From positions 3,038,001-3,102,000 of the forward strand of contig NEEC01000012.1 of assembly GCA_002189035.1 (NCBI GenBank): a DNA stretch of 64,000 nucleotides, read 5' to 3'. The first letter of the stretch is position 1. Each line of letters begins with the position of its first letter. This document shows, one piece after another, positions 38,492 through 50,072 of this stretch. The notes beneath the pieces are model-generated. The model ran no database searches. It was not told the DNA's origin and saw only the letters and a program-made list of their open reading frames with translations. Both the position numbers and the translations under genes were made by a program. The DNA is from Utricularia gibba (Eukaryota > Plantae > Magnoliophyta).

Positions 38492-41400
38492 ATGTTGGGA
38501 GCCCTAATCCGATCGTCGTCGGCGACGCCGAGCCGCGTCCGTCGATTATGGTGCAGCGCGCCTTCGGCGGTCGGGGAGACCGGACTTTACGGATTTCCTC
38601 ATCTAAAAACTGCGAAAGGATTTCAGCGAATGGTCGATGATGCCATTGAAAAGTGGGTAACGATGACGCAAATTCGTTGGATTTTTTTCTGTGGTTTGAA
38701 ACTCCTATCTCATACATTGCTAATTGGTTTTAAGGTCTAACGGACTTGTTAATTGGATCGCCGGAATGCCGTCGCCTACAGAAATTATTGAAGCGATGGA
38801 TGAAATATCTGATACGGTGTGATGTCGCCATTACTTTCTCCTGATCAGAATGTTTCTTCTACTACTATGTCGCTTTGGTGGTTGATGGGTGTCCGTGTTA
38901 TATTCTTTTATTTGAATGTGAGGGGCGTTTGTTTTTGTAAGAGCAACCCAGTACTGTTATTACCTTTTGCCAGGTTTGTACAGTTATAGACTCCGCAGAA
39001 CTATGTAGGCATACGCATCCAGATAGGTTTGTTTTCAACTGTGTTTTCAGGTTATGCTTGCTGAAGAAATGTGAAATTCAGCTAATTTAGTAATCTCTCT
39101 CACTTCTATTTAGGGATTTTGTTGAGGAGGCAAGTAAGGCGTCTCTACAACTGAGTGAATATCTAAATGTGAGTGGTTATTGATGTTTCGCTCAGCGTCC
39201 CTTTGCAGTCTTTAATGTCTGAAAGCGTTCTAACAGGCTGAAATTTATAGATTTCAAGCTTTTCAACTTCTTCAACTGTACATCCTTGGAATCCTGCCTG
39301 TGAAAATCGCCTCATGATTTTACTTTTCCTGCCATGCAGTATCTTAACTCGAATTCTACTTTATACAATGCCGTTTTAAAAGCTGAGAATAGTTCTGACT
39401 TGCTTTCTGAAGAAGCTCAAAGAGTAGCCCATCATTTACGCATTGACTTGGAGAAAGGTGGAATTCATCTACGTCCTGGTATTGTTCCCTAAAAGCCACC
39501 CACTCTGTTTTAGTTAATTTCTTCTCCTTCTATTTGATTATCCGTCATCTATATCCTCCAATGCTTCTTGTGGCGTTGACAGAGAAAGTGGAGAGAGTCA
39601 ACCAGCTGAACATTGAGATCCTTCGGCTTTCTAGGGAGTAAGTGTCAATTATTTTTAAAAAGTGCCTTCAAGTATCATTTCAAAATAATGTACTCCATCA
39701 CTTTTGCAGTTGTCTTGTTCCTCATTATCAATTTTCTTCATACTCAATGTTATCAGGTTCAGTGAAAATATCATTATGGATCCTGGTCATGTGGATATAT
39801 TCCCAGCTACACGTGTCCCAAAAAAGATGATGCATCTTGCTAGCCAGATATCTCGAGCTCCAGCATTTGAATCTAAACGATCAATGGGTCGTCAATCGAA
39901 TTCTGATGAGAGAGGTGTACGATTGGCAACTGAGCCTAATGCATTGTGTTCTATTTTGCAGTTGGCCTCTGATGCTGAGGTATATTAAAATGCATCCAGT
40001 TCAGGCGCTCATAAATTCATTTAATTTATGTTGCTTTGGAGAGGATTAGGTGTTCAAACTCGTAAATTTTCTAAAAACATCCAGATTATCGTCTACTATG
40101 GAACTGTGAAACATTACTTATCAATGCAGTTTTTTATGCACCCTGTCGTTGGTGCTTACACTTTCCCAGGTCAGAAAACTAGCTTACATTGCTGGAAACT
40201 CAGCCGCTCGAGCAAATCTGCAAGTTCTTGATAAAATTCTTGCAGCACGACAGGAGTTCTCTGAGGTTAGTTTTTTACAACACAAATCTTATATGAGGAT
40301 TTTTTGTTTTGATGATTCAGACACAAGTGGCATACGTGAGCTGAGGCTTTCCTGCAATAGGAATTATAGATATCTACTGTATCTCAATCTTGTCTGTAAA
40401 TTATTTGGTTTTCTTGAAGGGCATTCGGCTAATACGCGAGTGCTCAATTATGACAGACATCCTTACTTTTTATCTGTTTGTTTTTCTTTTCCTTAAGAAA
40501 ATTTCCTTGGTTCTCCTGTTTACTTCTTTTAGATCATGGGATGCAAATCCTATGCTGAATTCGCACTGAGGGACAACATGGCTTTGCATCCTGACGTTGT
40601 TTTGACCTTTCTGAATGACATGAGTAAAATGGTCCGGTGGAAAGCTGATGAGGTATATTGCTTTTTTTTTTTTTGTCGATTATGATCTATCCCCCATTGT
40701 ACCTTCCATTTATCTTCAAACTATTGATGTTTTGTTTCCTCTTTTATGCTTTTGTCTCAGGAGTTCGAGAAAATATTCAATTTCAAGAAGGAAAAGATTG
40801 GTTATTTTGTTGACGATTTGAACCCATGGGATGAGCCCTATTTCACTAGAATGATGAGATCTTATGCCCATGATTTGGATTATTCAGTTGAGTTTACATA
40901 TAAGAAAAAAATAGATTTTTTGAATTTTTCATTTTCTGAATCAATGGCTTAGAATTAAACATCAAAACAAAGTAATGTGTGCCTGCGCTTCTCAGCATCA
41001 AAATTTGCAAGTAGTCTCTCTTTTTTTTTTTATTATTCTTTTCTAGTCGTGATGTTTCTGTCTCTCACACTATATGCACTTATTTTTTTTAATGGACATT
41101 AAATTCACTCTCCCAGCATATAATTCATTCTACGTTTCATGTTATGTTTGATGCCAAATGTAATATATTCTGTATTCACTTACTTTTGATAATTTTCAGA
41201 TTGTGGCATCTTATTTTTCCCTGTCTCAATGTATCGATGGGCTTAGAATGGTGGTTGAATCATTATTTGGTTTGAAATTTCGCGAGATACCTCTTGTACC
41301 GGGTGAATCATGGCACTTGGATGTGTTGAAATTCTCTTTGCATCATACTGATGAGGTGCCGAGTGGCTAGTTTGGTCTCATGTAATATTTGACTTTACCA

Positions 41401-42806
41401 AATTATTTAATTGTAGTGTTTGATACAGGGCGACATAGGGTACTTGTACCTTGATCTGAAATCTAGAAAGAGCAAGCACCCTATCTGTGCACATTTTGCT
41501 ATCAAAGGGGGTCGTAAAGTTTCAGAAACGAGCTACCAATTGCCTGTAGGCAGTGCTTTTGCATTGTATGTGCATTATCATTTTCTATGTTTTTAGCCTG
41601 AAGGTGGACTTTCTTCTTTCATTTTTTCAGATTGTAGCTCTTGTATGCAACTTTTCTTGTTCAAATACTGGATTCGTGCAGCTTCAGCACTCTGATGTTG
41701 AGACTTTGTTTCACGAGTTTGGACATGCTCTTCACTCATTGCTTTCAAGAACGGTAAAACGTGCTCATTTTTCGAATTCTGTGTGCAAAAATTTAACTCT
41801 GTTGATGATTGTGTTTCAGGATTATCAGCATTTTTCAGGAACCCGTGTGGCGCTTGATTTCGCTGAGACACCTTCTAACCTCTTTGAGTGAGTGAATTTA
41901 ACTTTTTCTATAAATGATTGGTTGAGAATATGACGCTGATGGCTGATCTATGGATTGGCTTTTGTGGGATGTATTTTTTCCTATCGAGTTGGCCCAGCGA
42001 TCTCCGTGGCTGTGTGCCTCTAATTAGCCCCTTTTCCTTATATTATGGCAGATATTATGCATGGGATTACAGGGTGTTGAGAAAATTTGCAAAGCACTAC
42101 TCAACTGGAGATCCCATACCTGAAAAGCTGGTAAACTCGCTGCAAGAAGCCAAAAGTATGTTCGCAGCAACAGATCTGCAGCGCCAGGTCCATTCAAACT
42201 CCAATCCATAACTGTATACTTGTTAGTGCAAAATAGACCTTTTAACTAACTCCAATCATTTCTTCACTTTCTTTCTAGATTCTGTACGCTTTGATTGACA
42301 TGACACTCCATGCATCCCAACCATCCTCATTCAAAGATACAGTTTCTGTAGTTTCAGACTTGCAAAGAGAGCATACAAGTTCGAAGTTTGTTGAAGGGAC
42401 TCACTGGCATACCCGATTCAGCCATCTCGTTACCTATGGTGCAGGTACACCACGTTTATCCCATATCATGCCACGAACACTCAAGTTATAATCCATTAGC
42501 TCCTTCAGGTGGGGACTCATACTCCGTGTTTATGCAGGCTACTACAGCTATTTGTATGCAAAATGCTTTGCGTCGTCTATTTGGCAAAAGATATTCAAAG
42601 CAGATCCCTTATCGCCCTCCGCAGGTTCTGCTCTCAGGTGTAAATTCTTGCAACATGGTGGAGCCAAGGCTCCCAGCACAATACTAAATGATCTTGGGGA
42701 AGGTTTTGTTGTAAGGAAACACAATGGTGGTATGATTCCTGATATAGCTAGTCTTACTGAAGAGATGAAGTTGCTTAATGTAAATTCTCTAGACTCAGAG
42801 AGATGA
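38492..42806 (+). CDS. OCT1: Mitochondrial intermediate peptidase (M3 metallopeptidase, OCT1/MIP), multi-exon
   Basis: [17 protein letters not shown]; EAMDEISDT; DPGHVDIFP; zinc motif [16 protein letters not shown]; [23 protein letters not shown]; [12 protein letters not shown]; GGAKAP. Confidence 0.95.
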
Positions 42807-43145
42807 CCAATTAAATGAAGATAACAATGGCATCTGTTATTTAGCTGCGAGGTCATAGTAATCTCTGCCAAGATGAATGTAATCTCACTCTTTCATCCGA
42901 AATCCATGGTGAGCTGAATTCTCAGGTACATTTATGCAACCTTAGAGATCAATCAAACACTGGTCTTTCAATTGCTTTACCTTCCCCTTGGGAGATATGT
43001 CTATATGCATGTGATTAGATTCAGCATTCATTATTTGAGATTATATACTGATATTCGTTACTTTTTGCTATGGGCATATCAAATGCTCAACTTACTAAAT
43101 GAATTGACGATATACGAAAAGTATATTGGAATACTTTTGGCATTC

Positions 43146-46100
43146 TTATTGATAGTACTGTTCCGAGACGGTGCAAAGTGCTGGTCGATCAAGCATCTCC
43201 ACCCATTCCTTGATTATTAAGTTTACTTCATCTGGCAGCTCATCATGGGGGCAGTGTCCTGATGAATGCAAGAAACATTTAAGCACATAAAATGTGAAAA
43301 TGCAGACATGGGCGTCCAAATTACCAGCATCAATCTCTTTGAACGTGACATCATTGAAGTGCTCCTTAGCTACAGCCAACTTCGCCTTCGAGTCTAGTAA
43401 TGGATCCTTCATTCCCTGGAGGAAGCAAAAGCTTGAAAAAAAAGCAGGAATATTGGTAGCTGGAAAGTTTTCTTATGTGGTCACTTACTTGTATCACTAG
43501 GACTTTCTTCTCGAATCCCTCGAGAAGGTAATTCAGAGGAAGTGAAACGTCAAAGCCGAAGATGCTTTCCAGAATGAAAATGACCCCGGGATCCTTCGAC
43601 TGTGAGTTGGTCAAGGCATCAACTAATTTCTAGATGGGTATGAGACCTACGGATTGTTAAAGCATAAGAGCCTCTGACTATGTGTTTGGTTTCTCCTTGA
43701 AATCTGGAAGGATACAGCTCGGATCATCTCATTCAGAAGCCGTTCATCAGCTCTGTCACTTCTCTGAGCAAACTGAGTCAGGGCCTTTTACGTGGAAAAT
43801 CAGCACGGGGAAGGGAGTAGAAAGAGCCTTACTGTAGGGTATAAACTCTTTACTAAGTTCCAGGCATTGAATCTTAAGTACAGTAGCAGAAGCCTAGCAC
43901 CTAGCCGTGCTTGTGGAGAAATTCGCCTATCCTGAAACAATCAGCAGTTGGATTGGAATGAACTTGTGAGTTGGAAGCACGTAAAGAAAAACTCAGGAGC
44001 CCTGTGACACTTACCTCCTCCATATTACCCAATGTTGGATATCTAGGAACAATATTGCCAGCACTGTTGATGAGGACGACCGACTTGGCTATGTTTGGCC
44101 AAAGACCTGCAACAATGGCGACAATATATCCTGTAGACAAGGAACATCAGCCATGACAATTGGTTTATCTGACTCCTGATGCATTTTTCCTGACGTTAGC
44201 ATTCTTGATTATTCTCAAGGCTGAATATGAATACAGGGTTCAGCTGGTGTACCACCAATGGAGTTCCCAACAAGATGTACAGGATCCCCAACAACTTCGA
44301 TTATGAAGTCCCGAATCAGTTCGGCCCACATGAGTTCGGTATATTGCATATTCGGTTTCTCTGATCTGCCAAAGCCAATTAGTGTGATAGCCCACGCTCT
44401 GTTTCCAGCTTCAGCAATAGGCTGTATATTGTCCCTGTAGTGCTCAAAAAAGGCGCCAAAGCCATGTACAAGGAGAACATTGGGACCCTTATCGCCAGCA
44501 ACTGTGTACTGAAGAAAGGTAATCAGTTATGATCAGGTTGGGAACAAGGGTCACGTACTGAGTTGAAGCGCAGATGTTTCAGATTCTCACTTCGATCAGG
44601 CAGTTTTTCCACTTCCAGATCCGAACTTGTGGATTCTTCTCCTGGCTTTTCAATGACAACAGCCAATACCACTCCATGGAAGAAACAGACTCAATGGCTG
44701 CAGCGACAGTGGTTGTGGAATACCCAAACGGTGATAAGAACCCGCCATTTCTTTCTTTCTCGTACGTGATAGCTTCAAAGTGAACCTGTCTTCTGGAAAT
44801 GATTCCCAGGGAAAGTGCAGATCGGAAAAGGGCATCAAATGAAGCTCCTTGGCGTTTTTCGGCTAGGCGTGTCTTTTCATGTACCCTGCAAAACTTGATA
44901 CAGAGACTGGAGTTAGTTCCCTGATGGCTGCTCTGCAACACAGTGAAGAAGCAAGTGATCGCATCCATACTCCTGCCATTCGTCTCGGGCTGTTCCTTCA
45001 AGGTATCGCAAATATGCAGCCAAAGCATTCAAGACAAGTGTGGCACCACCTCCCACTAAGTTCTCCTGGCTTGTTACAAATGCAGACTTGAGCGGTTTTC
45101 TTCTGTTGTCACTCCCATTGCCTTCATCCGATCTTCCTGGCTTCCGAACTGATCTCTGTTTCTTCTGCAGCTGATTTATGGCCGAGAGCGTCCCTATGGA
45201 AGTCCATTCCTTCAGAACATCGTCTTCATCGTTCACAAAACCCTTCACTTCAGGCAGAGATGGAAGATCACCTGCGCCATCTTCCTCATTTTAACCACCA
45301 CTTGAGATTGTGAAGACCACTGAACGTGAAGGGCTTACCCCAGGAGAGATTCATCTCATTGCCAGATAGTTCTGGGAGTCGTAAAAGAGGGGGAAGTACT
45401 TGAAGCCTTCGAAAGTCATCGAAGGACCATGGGGTGTCTTCTAATCTCTGGTTGATACAAGGAAAACAAGGTCAGAGAAACAAGCATTGTCATCCTCTTC
45501 TTCCTCCATAAGAATGTAAGCAATACCACCTTGGTGTCATCATAAAATGGAGTCCTCCACATTCTGATCTCCGCCTTACGGCCTGGGGAAGAAGATGATA
45601 CCGACTTGTTGACATCCTCCAGCATCGCCCTGAGTTCATACTCCACCTCCTCCTCTATGAAAACCGTTCTGGCTTCAACCTCTTTGACCAGCTCCGATAT
45701 AATGTTCTCAGAGCTTCCGGTCCTGCGCTGGAAAATGTGCTGCTAAGTATCTGTTATACAGGTTAAGTACAAGTGACGGCAACAGGTTTTAGGGTTACCG
45801 GATCATCAGATTTGAACCCTGGTGTTGGAGCGATTTCCTTAAATCTTCCAGGGCGAAGAGCAGAAGTTCAAGCATTTCATCCGAGAATCCTGAAAATGTG
45901 CAACGGATTGGATTGGATTCCGCTTCTTTTTCATCTATGGAGTGTGAGAAACGGAAAAATCATTTACTTCTGAGAATGCGGCGATCAAAGATGTAGACGG
46001 GAACAGTGCAATCATGGCTGGATGCGGCTGCTAACAGCCCCGGGTGGTCTTGAAGGCGAAGATCGTGCTTGTACCAAAGAATCGCGGTACCGCCTCCGCT

Positions 46101-46193
46101 GGAGTTCGCGGTGGCTGAGACACAAAATCTGCGCCGAGGTTTAGGAAATGGTGAAGAAAAGGGGAAAATGCGGGGATGGAACTGAACCGCCAT
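43146..46193 (-). CDS. DNA photolyase N-terminal domain fused to an alpha/beta-hydrolase (At4g25290-type), plastid transit peptide, multi-exon
   Basis: AILWYKHDLRLQDHPGL..PVYIFDRRIL photolyase-like N-domain; VLNALAAYLRYLEG; VLLVHGFGAFFEHYRDN; ITLIGFGRSEKP; nucleophile elbow GNSIGG; GHCPHDELPDEVN. Confidence 0.9.
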
Positions 46194-46416
46194 TGAAGAC
46201 GGATCCAGTACCGGCGCTCTTTAGCAAATAACCAGGGAACAACCGCTGGATTTCATGGCGGTGAAGATTTCATCTGATTTTCAGACTCTGTGGCGGAGAA
46301 ACGCCGTCAGGATTTCATGTGGGGTTGCTCCACTTTCCGGGACTCAAAACGGCGTCGTAGTATTCCCATGCTTACGAATCTTATATCAGGATGACAACAA
46401 TGGGGTGAAGTTGAAA

Positions 46417-47060
46417 ATGGCGCTAATCCTACGCCCGCATTTATCTTCTCCTTGGCTTTGCAGGCCCCATCTCCGACTGAAGCCCAGATGCAAAAGCAAA
46501 TGGAACATCAAATCTCAGCAAGATTCCTCTCCGGAAGAACCCATTTCAGATTCGGCAAACAAGACTCGCGGATCCCAGGGATTGGGATTCGGTTCTTCTA
46601 CGAAGAAGGGGAAAAGGGAGAGGGCTTCTATTGTTAGACGGGAACCGGTACAGAAACCGGACTTGTACTCGCTGCCGCCGGAATCGAAGAGTCCCGACTT
46701 CACGCAGAACGAGAGCGCTTTTCTGCTTGCTTGGTTGGGCCTCGGTGGAGTTATTCTTCTCCAGGGGATTGCTCTCGCTGCTTCAGGTTCGTTTCTTCCT
46801 TCAATTCTTATGAATCCGCATCCGGTTGAGCGCAATTGGCAATTGGCTTTAGATGATCAATCAGCCTGCAATTTGCTCAGTTACATTTCTGGTTTGAAGC
46901 AAGGGTTTTGCTTGCAGGGTTTCTGCCCGAGGAATGGGATGGCTTCTTCGTGAAATACCTGTACCCATCGTTCACACCCACCGTGTTCGTGTTCATTGCC
47001 GGAACAGTTGGCTATGGAGTGCTGAAGTACTTGCAGAATGAGAAATCAATCAAGAAATAA
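46417..47060 (+). CDS. LPA2: LOW PSII ACCUMULATION 2-like thylakoid protein, 2 exons
   Basis: Transit peptide; GLGFGSS; NESAFLLAWLGLGGVILLQGIALAAS|GFLPEEWDGFFVKYLYPSFTPTVFVFIAGTVGYGVLKYLQNEK. Confidence 0.9.
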
Positions 47061-47347
47061 GCATTTTGTCTTCATCAGGTTCGAGGCCTCCTCCAATGAA
47101 AGTTCTACTAGTCTTGTTTTGTTGTCTCATGGAAAGAGAACCAACCCAGTGAAACTCTCCCCCAGATGAGAACAAGCATTTGTCCTTCTGCCTCCTTTTG
47201 TATTCATGTTTTTAATTCTTTTAAATAAACTTGATTTGGTAACAACAAACCTTCTCCGTTGAAAATACAGACTTAATTGTCAAAAATGGGGCACCGGTTT
47301 GGTTCCATAAAACTCCACCGCTGCACAAATCCACCCAAAGACATGAA

Positions 47348-47642
47348 ATGAAAATCCCCATCAGCAAACCTGCGGCGACTGCGGTTGCCATCATCTTCCT
47401 GATCATCATTAATGCAGCAGTATCTACTGGTAGGTTCTTCTTCTTCTTCTTCTTCTTCTTGTGTTTGACGAGCGCTGAAGGTAGTATTTTCAGGTACACA
47501 CGTCAGTGGGTCGTCAAGCTACGCCCTGCACAAGCTTCCGTTCACGGCTTCCCTGAGATCGCTTCCTCCCAGTCTAATTCCGGCACCCATTGCTGGGCCA
47601 CGATTCAGTAGAGCCCGACGCATGTACCCACCACCCGCATGA
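47348..47642 (+). CDS. Unassigned 76-aa small secreted Pro-rich peptide, 2 exons (47348-47429, 47494-47642)
   Basis: Signal-peptide-like MKIPISKPAATAVAIIFLIIINAAVST, a phase-1 GT-AG intron of 64 nt containing a (CTT)n tract, then GTHVSGSSSYALHKLPFTASLRSLPPSLIPAPIAGPRFSRARRMYPPPA*; the spliced length of 231 nt is in frame. Confidence 0.6.
47436..47460 (+). repeat. (CTT)n microsatellite in the peptide-gene intron
   Basis: ttcttcttcttcttcttcttcttcttg. Confidence 0.9.
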
Positions 47643-49054
47643 AGAAAAAATGTGTGCTTGGTTTCCATTCCACGCTATTTCTGAATACATTTTACAAAGT
47701 TTGACAGTGGAATTCAATCATTTCTCCAGAAAAAAACCAAGTTGTCTGGGTTCCGGCGAGAGTAAACACAGTAGTCTCCCAATTTTCTTCAACAGCTCTC
47801 TCTGTTGGCCTACGCCTTGAGCTTTTCAAAACCAAATTTCGACACCCTTTGAGCAGCAACACCATAACTCAAAGCACACCTCTTTGCATCGCCCATGAAC
47901 GCTCCTTCTTCTTCAGTCGGCCGATGCGTTGCTTGGTGGCGTTTGACGGCTCTGGAACCTTCGATTCGGTGTCTCTCCGCCTTCATCAGGAAGAGCCACG
48001 ATGGGTGGTTTGTGTTTTACAAAAATACCCTTCTATCGTAATTATTTACTAAAATACCCATCGTAGATCTCTAAATTACATATTATATATTATTAAAATA
48101 TTAAACCCAAAAAGATATTTTAACAAAAATAATACAATATTATTGTGATAATTATTGTGTTAGATGGTTGCACAATATGCAAAATATTGTAATTGTTATA
48201 TAATATCCAAAATATTATATGTATATGGCTTATCCAAAATATCATTTGGTAAAATTTCATATTTTTTAACATTTCCCATTTATAGGATGTTGCACGTTTT
48301 AGATACATAATCTTTATTATTTTATATTATTTTACATTTAAGAAAAAAAATTTGTACAAAATTAAAAGGATAGATCTATTTAAATATATTTTTATTTTAT
48401 TCATAACTAATTTAAGATATTGTTCTAATCTTGTACGAGATTTTTTTATTACATTAATCACAAATGAAGTAAAATATATGTTTAAATAGAATAATTATCA
48501 CAATCTTGTATGAGATATTTTTATCAAAAATAAAAATGTAAAACCGTAAGTATAAAATATCTAAAACAAAAAATACCATAAAAGGAATAATATGGTAGAC
48601 AGCATAGGTTATAACATTTGGTATAAAATTTTTATCAATAACTCGAGCCACCAGAGCTTATGCAGCAGCTGCCGAGAAGCCAGTCCCCGAATAACTCTGC
48701 TACAGCTCTAGAAGAGAAACCAACAAGCATTTGCAGTCAAACTTTTACTTTGAAAGTTGGTGTTAAAAAACCTTCACGAATGCCTGACTCTTCCGGTCAG
48801 GGGTTCAGCCCGCCGTACGCGCCTCCACGGTGTGAACCGGCGATTGGGTGGGACAGTCAACAACGCCCGGCGAGATCTTCGGTATGAACAAGTGAACGGC
48901 AATCCTTCAACGGCCTATAAATCCCACAACACCGTGCAGTTCAAAAGCGTCAAATTGATGGGTCCCTTCACATGGGCCCACACACACACACAAAAAAAAA
49001 AAAGAAGGTAGTTGGTGCACCGCCGGGTTGGTGTGCCAATGCGTGCGCTCCCTC

Positions 49055-49062
49055 TATAAATA
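49055..49062 (+). promoter_or_regulatory. TATA box upstream of the 49274 peptide ORF
   Basis: CTATAAATA about 210 bp upstream of the ATG, with CCAAT at 49036. Confidence 0.5.
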
Positions 49063-49273
49063 CAGGGTAGCTCTCCCTAATACACACAAGAGTTGAAAAA
49101 CTCATTTGTTATTTTGAGTGAGTTTTTGGTTTTAAAAGGTAGAATAGAGAAAGAATAAAGATAGTATTTTTTTCTATTCATGTTTCTCGCCTATAGAGTT
49201 TGTCGATGTATTTTTCTTGATTTTTACGGTTAATTTTATTGTGTAATATCAACTACGCGCAACACAAATCCTC

Positions 49274-49492
49274 ATGGGGAAGCTCAGTGAACTCGCTGCA
49301 TTTCTGGTTGTCTTCTTGCTGATCGCCGCCGGTGTTTCTGCAGCGGCGGCCCCCCGTAGGGTTCTGTCGTCAGTAGCCCGGACTGATCCGCTAGGCCCGC
49401 CGTCGCCGCAGCCCGGACAGCCGCAATTCCCATTGGAGTTTCCGATTTTCGAGTCACGACGGAGCTCTCACGGTGGGAAGGAGGTCATGTAG
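49274..49492 (+). CDS. Unassigned 72-aa small secreted Pro-rich peptide, intronless
   Basis: Signal-peptide-like MGKLSELAAFLVVFLLIAAGVSA, then AAAPRRVLSSVARTDPLGPPSPQPGQPQFPLEFPIFESRRSSHGGKEVM*; GC-rich coding island in AT-rich flanks, with an upstream TATA box. Confidence 0.65.
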   Translation: MGKLSELAAFLVVFLLIAAGVSAAAAPRRVLSSVARTDPLGPPSPQPGQPQFPLEFPIFESRRSSHGGKEVM

Positions 49493-50072
49493 CTGAGTTG
49501 GAGTACGGATTTGTAGCATGATGACTAGGGATTGTTTGAATTGATTCAAGCCCGGAATTTGTATTTATAAATATATATTTTTTTGGAATTAAAAATCAAA
49601 ATAATTATAAATATCATTTCATGTATTGTATTATACATTATTTGAAATTAAAAAATATTAAACGATTAAAAAATGAATATTTATCATTGTAATTAATATA
49701 AAAGGTATAATTTATGAATTAATAATAATTACGTATAAAATATCAATATATTCAATAATGTAAAATAATATAATTGAATAATTGATTCCTTTAATATACT
49801 AAATTATTGTATGCTCGTAGATCTTATTTTAAATTTCGTACTCTTTTTACCATTAAAAATTAAAAAATATTTAGTGATATATAAAATGTTTAATTAGTCA
49901 TTTCATTTGATGTGAATTTAGTTTGAATTTGAACGCTAGAAATTATCTTGTTTGATCAAGTCAAAACACTCCAACCTTACAAATATACAGCGGAGGGATA
50001 GACACCTAAACGGCAGTGCTTTTCGCTTTCTCGATTCCTTCGGCGGAACGAACGAACGACCAGTGCGACGCT

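Noticed and set aside
46255-46416. N-terminal extension of the LPA2 ORF from ATG 46255, and of XLT2 from 59285
   Set aside because: The downstream ATGs (46417, 59414) give typical targeting or anchor N-termini; the LPA2 extension lies in the shared divergent promoter region.
48780-48830. tRNA-like stem-loop (cctgac-tcttccg-gtcagg followed by ggttcagccc)
   Set aside because: No D-arm or acceptor stem, wrong loop consensus and spacing; not a tRNA.
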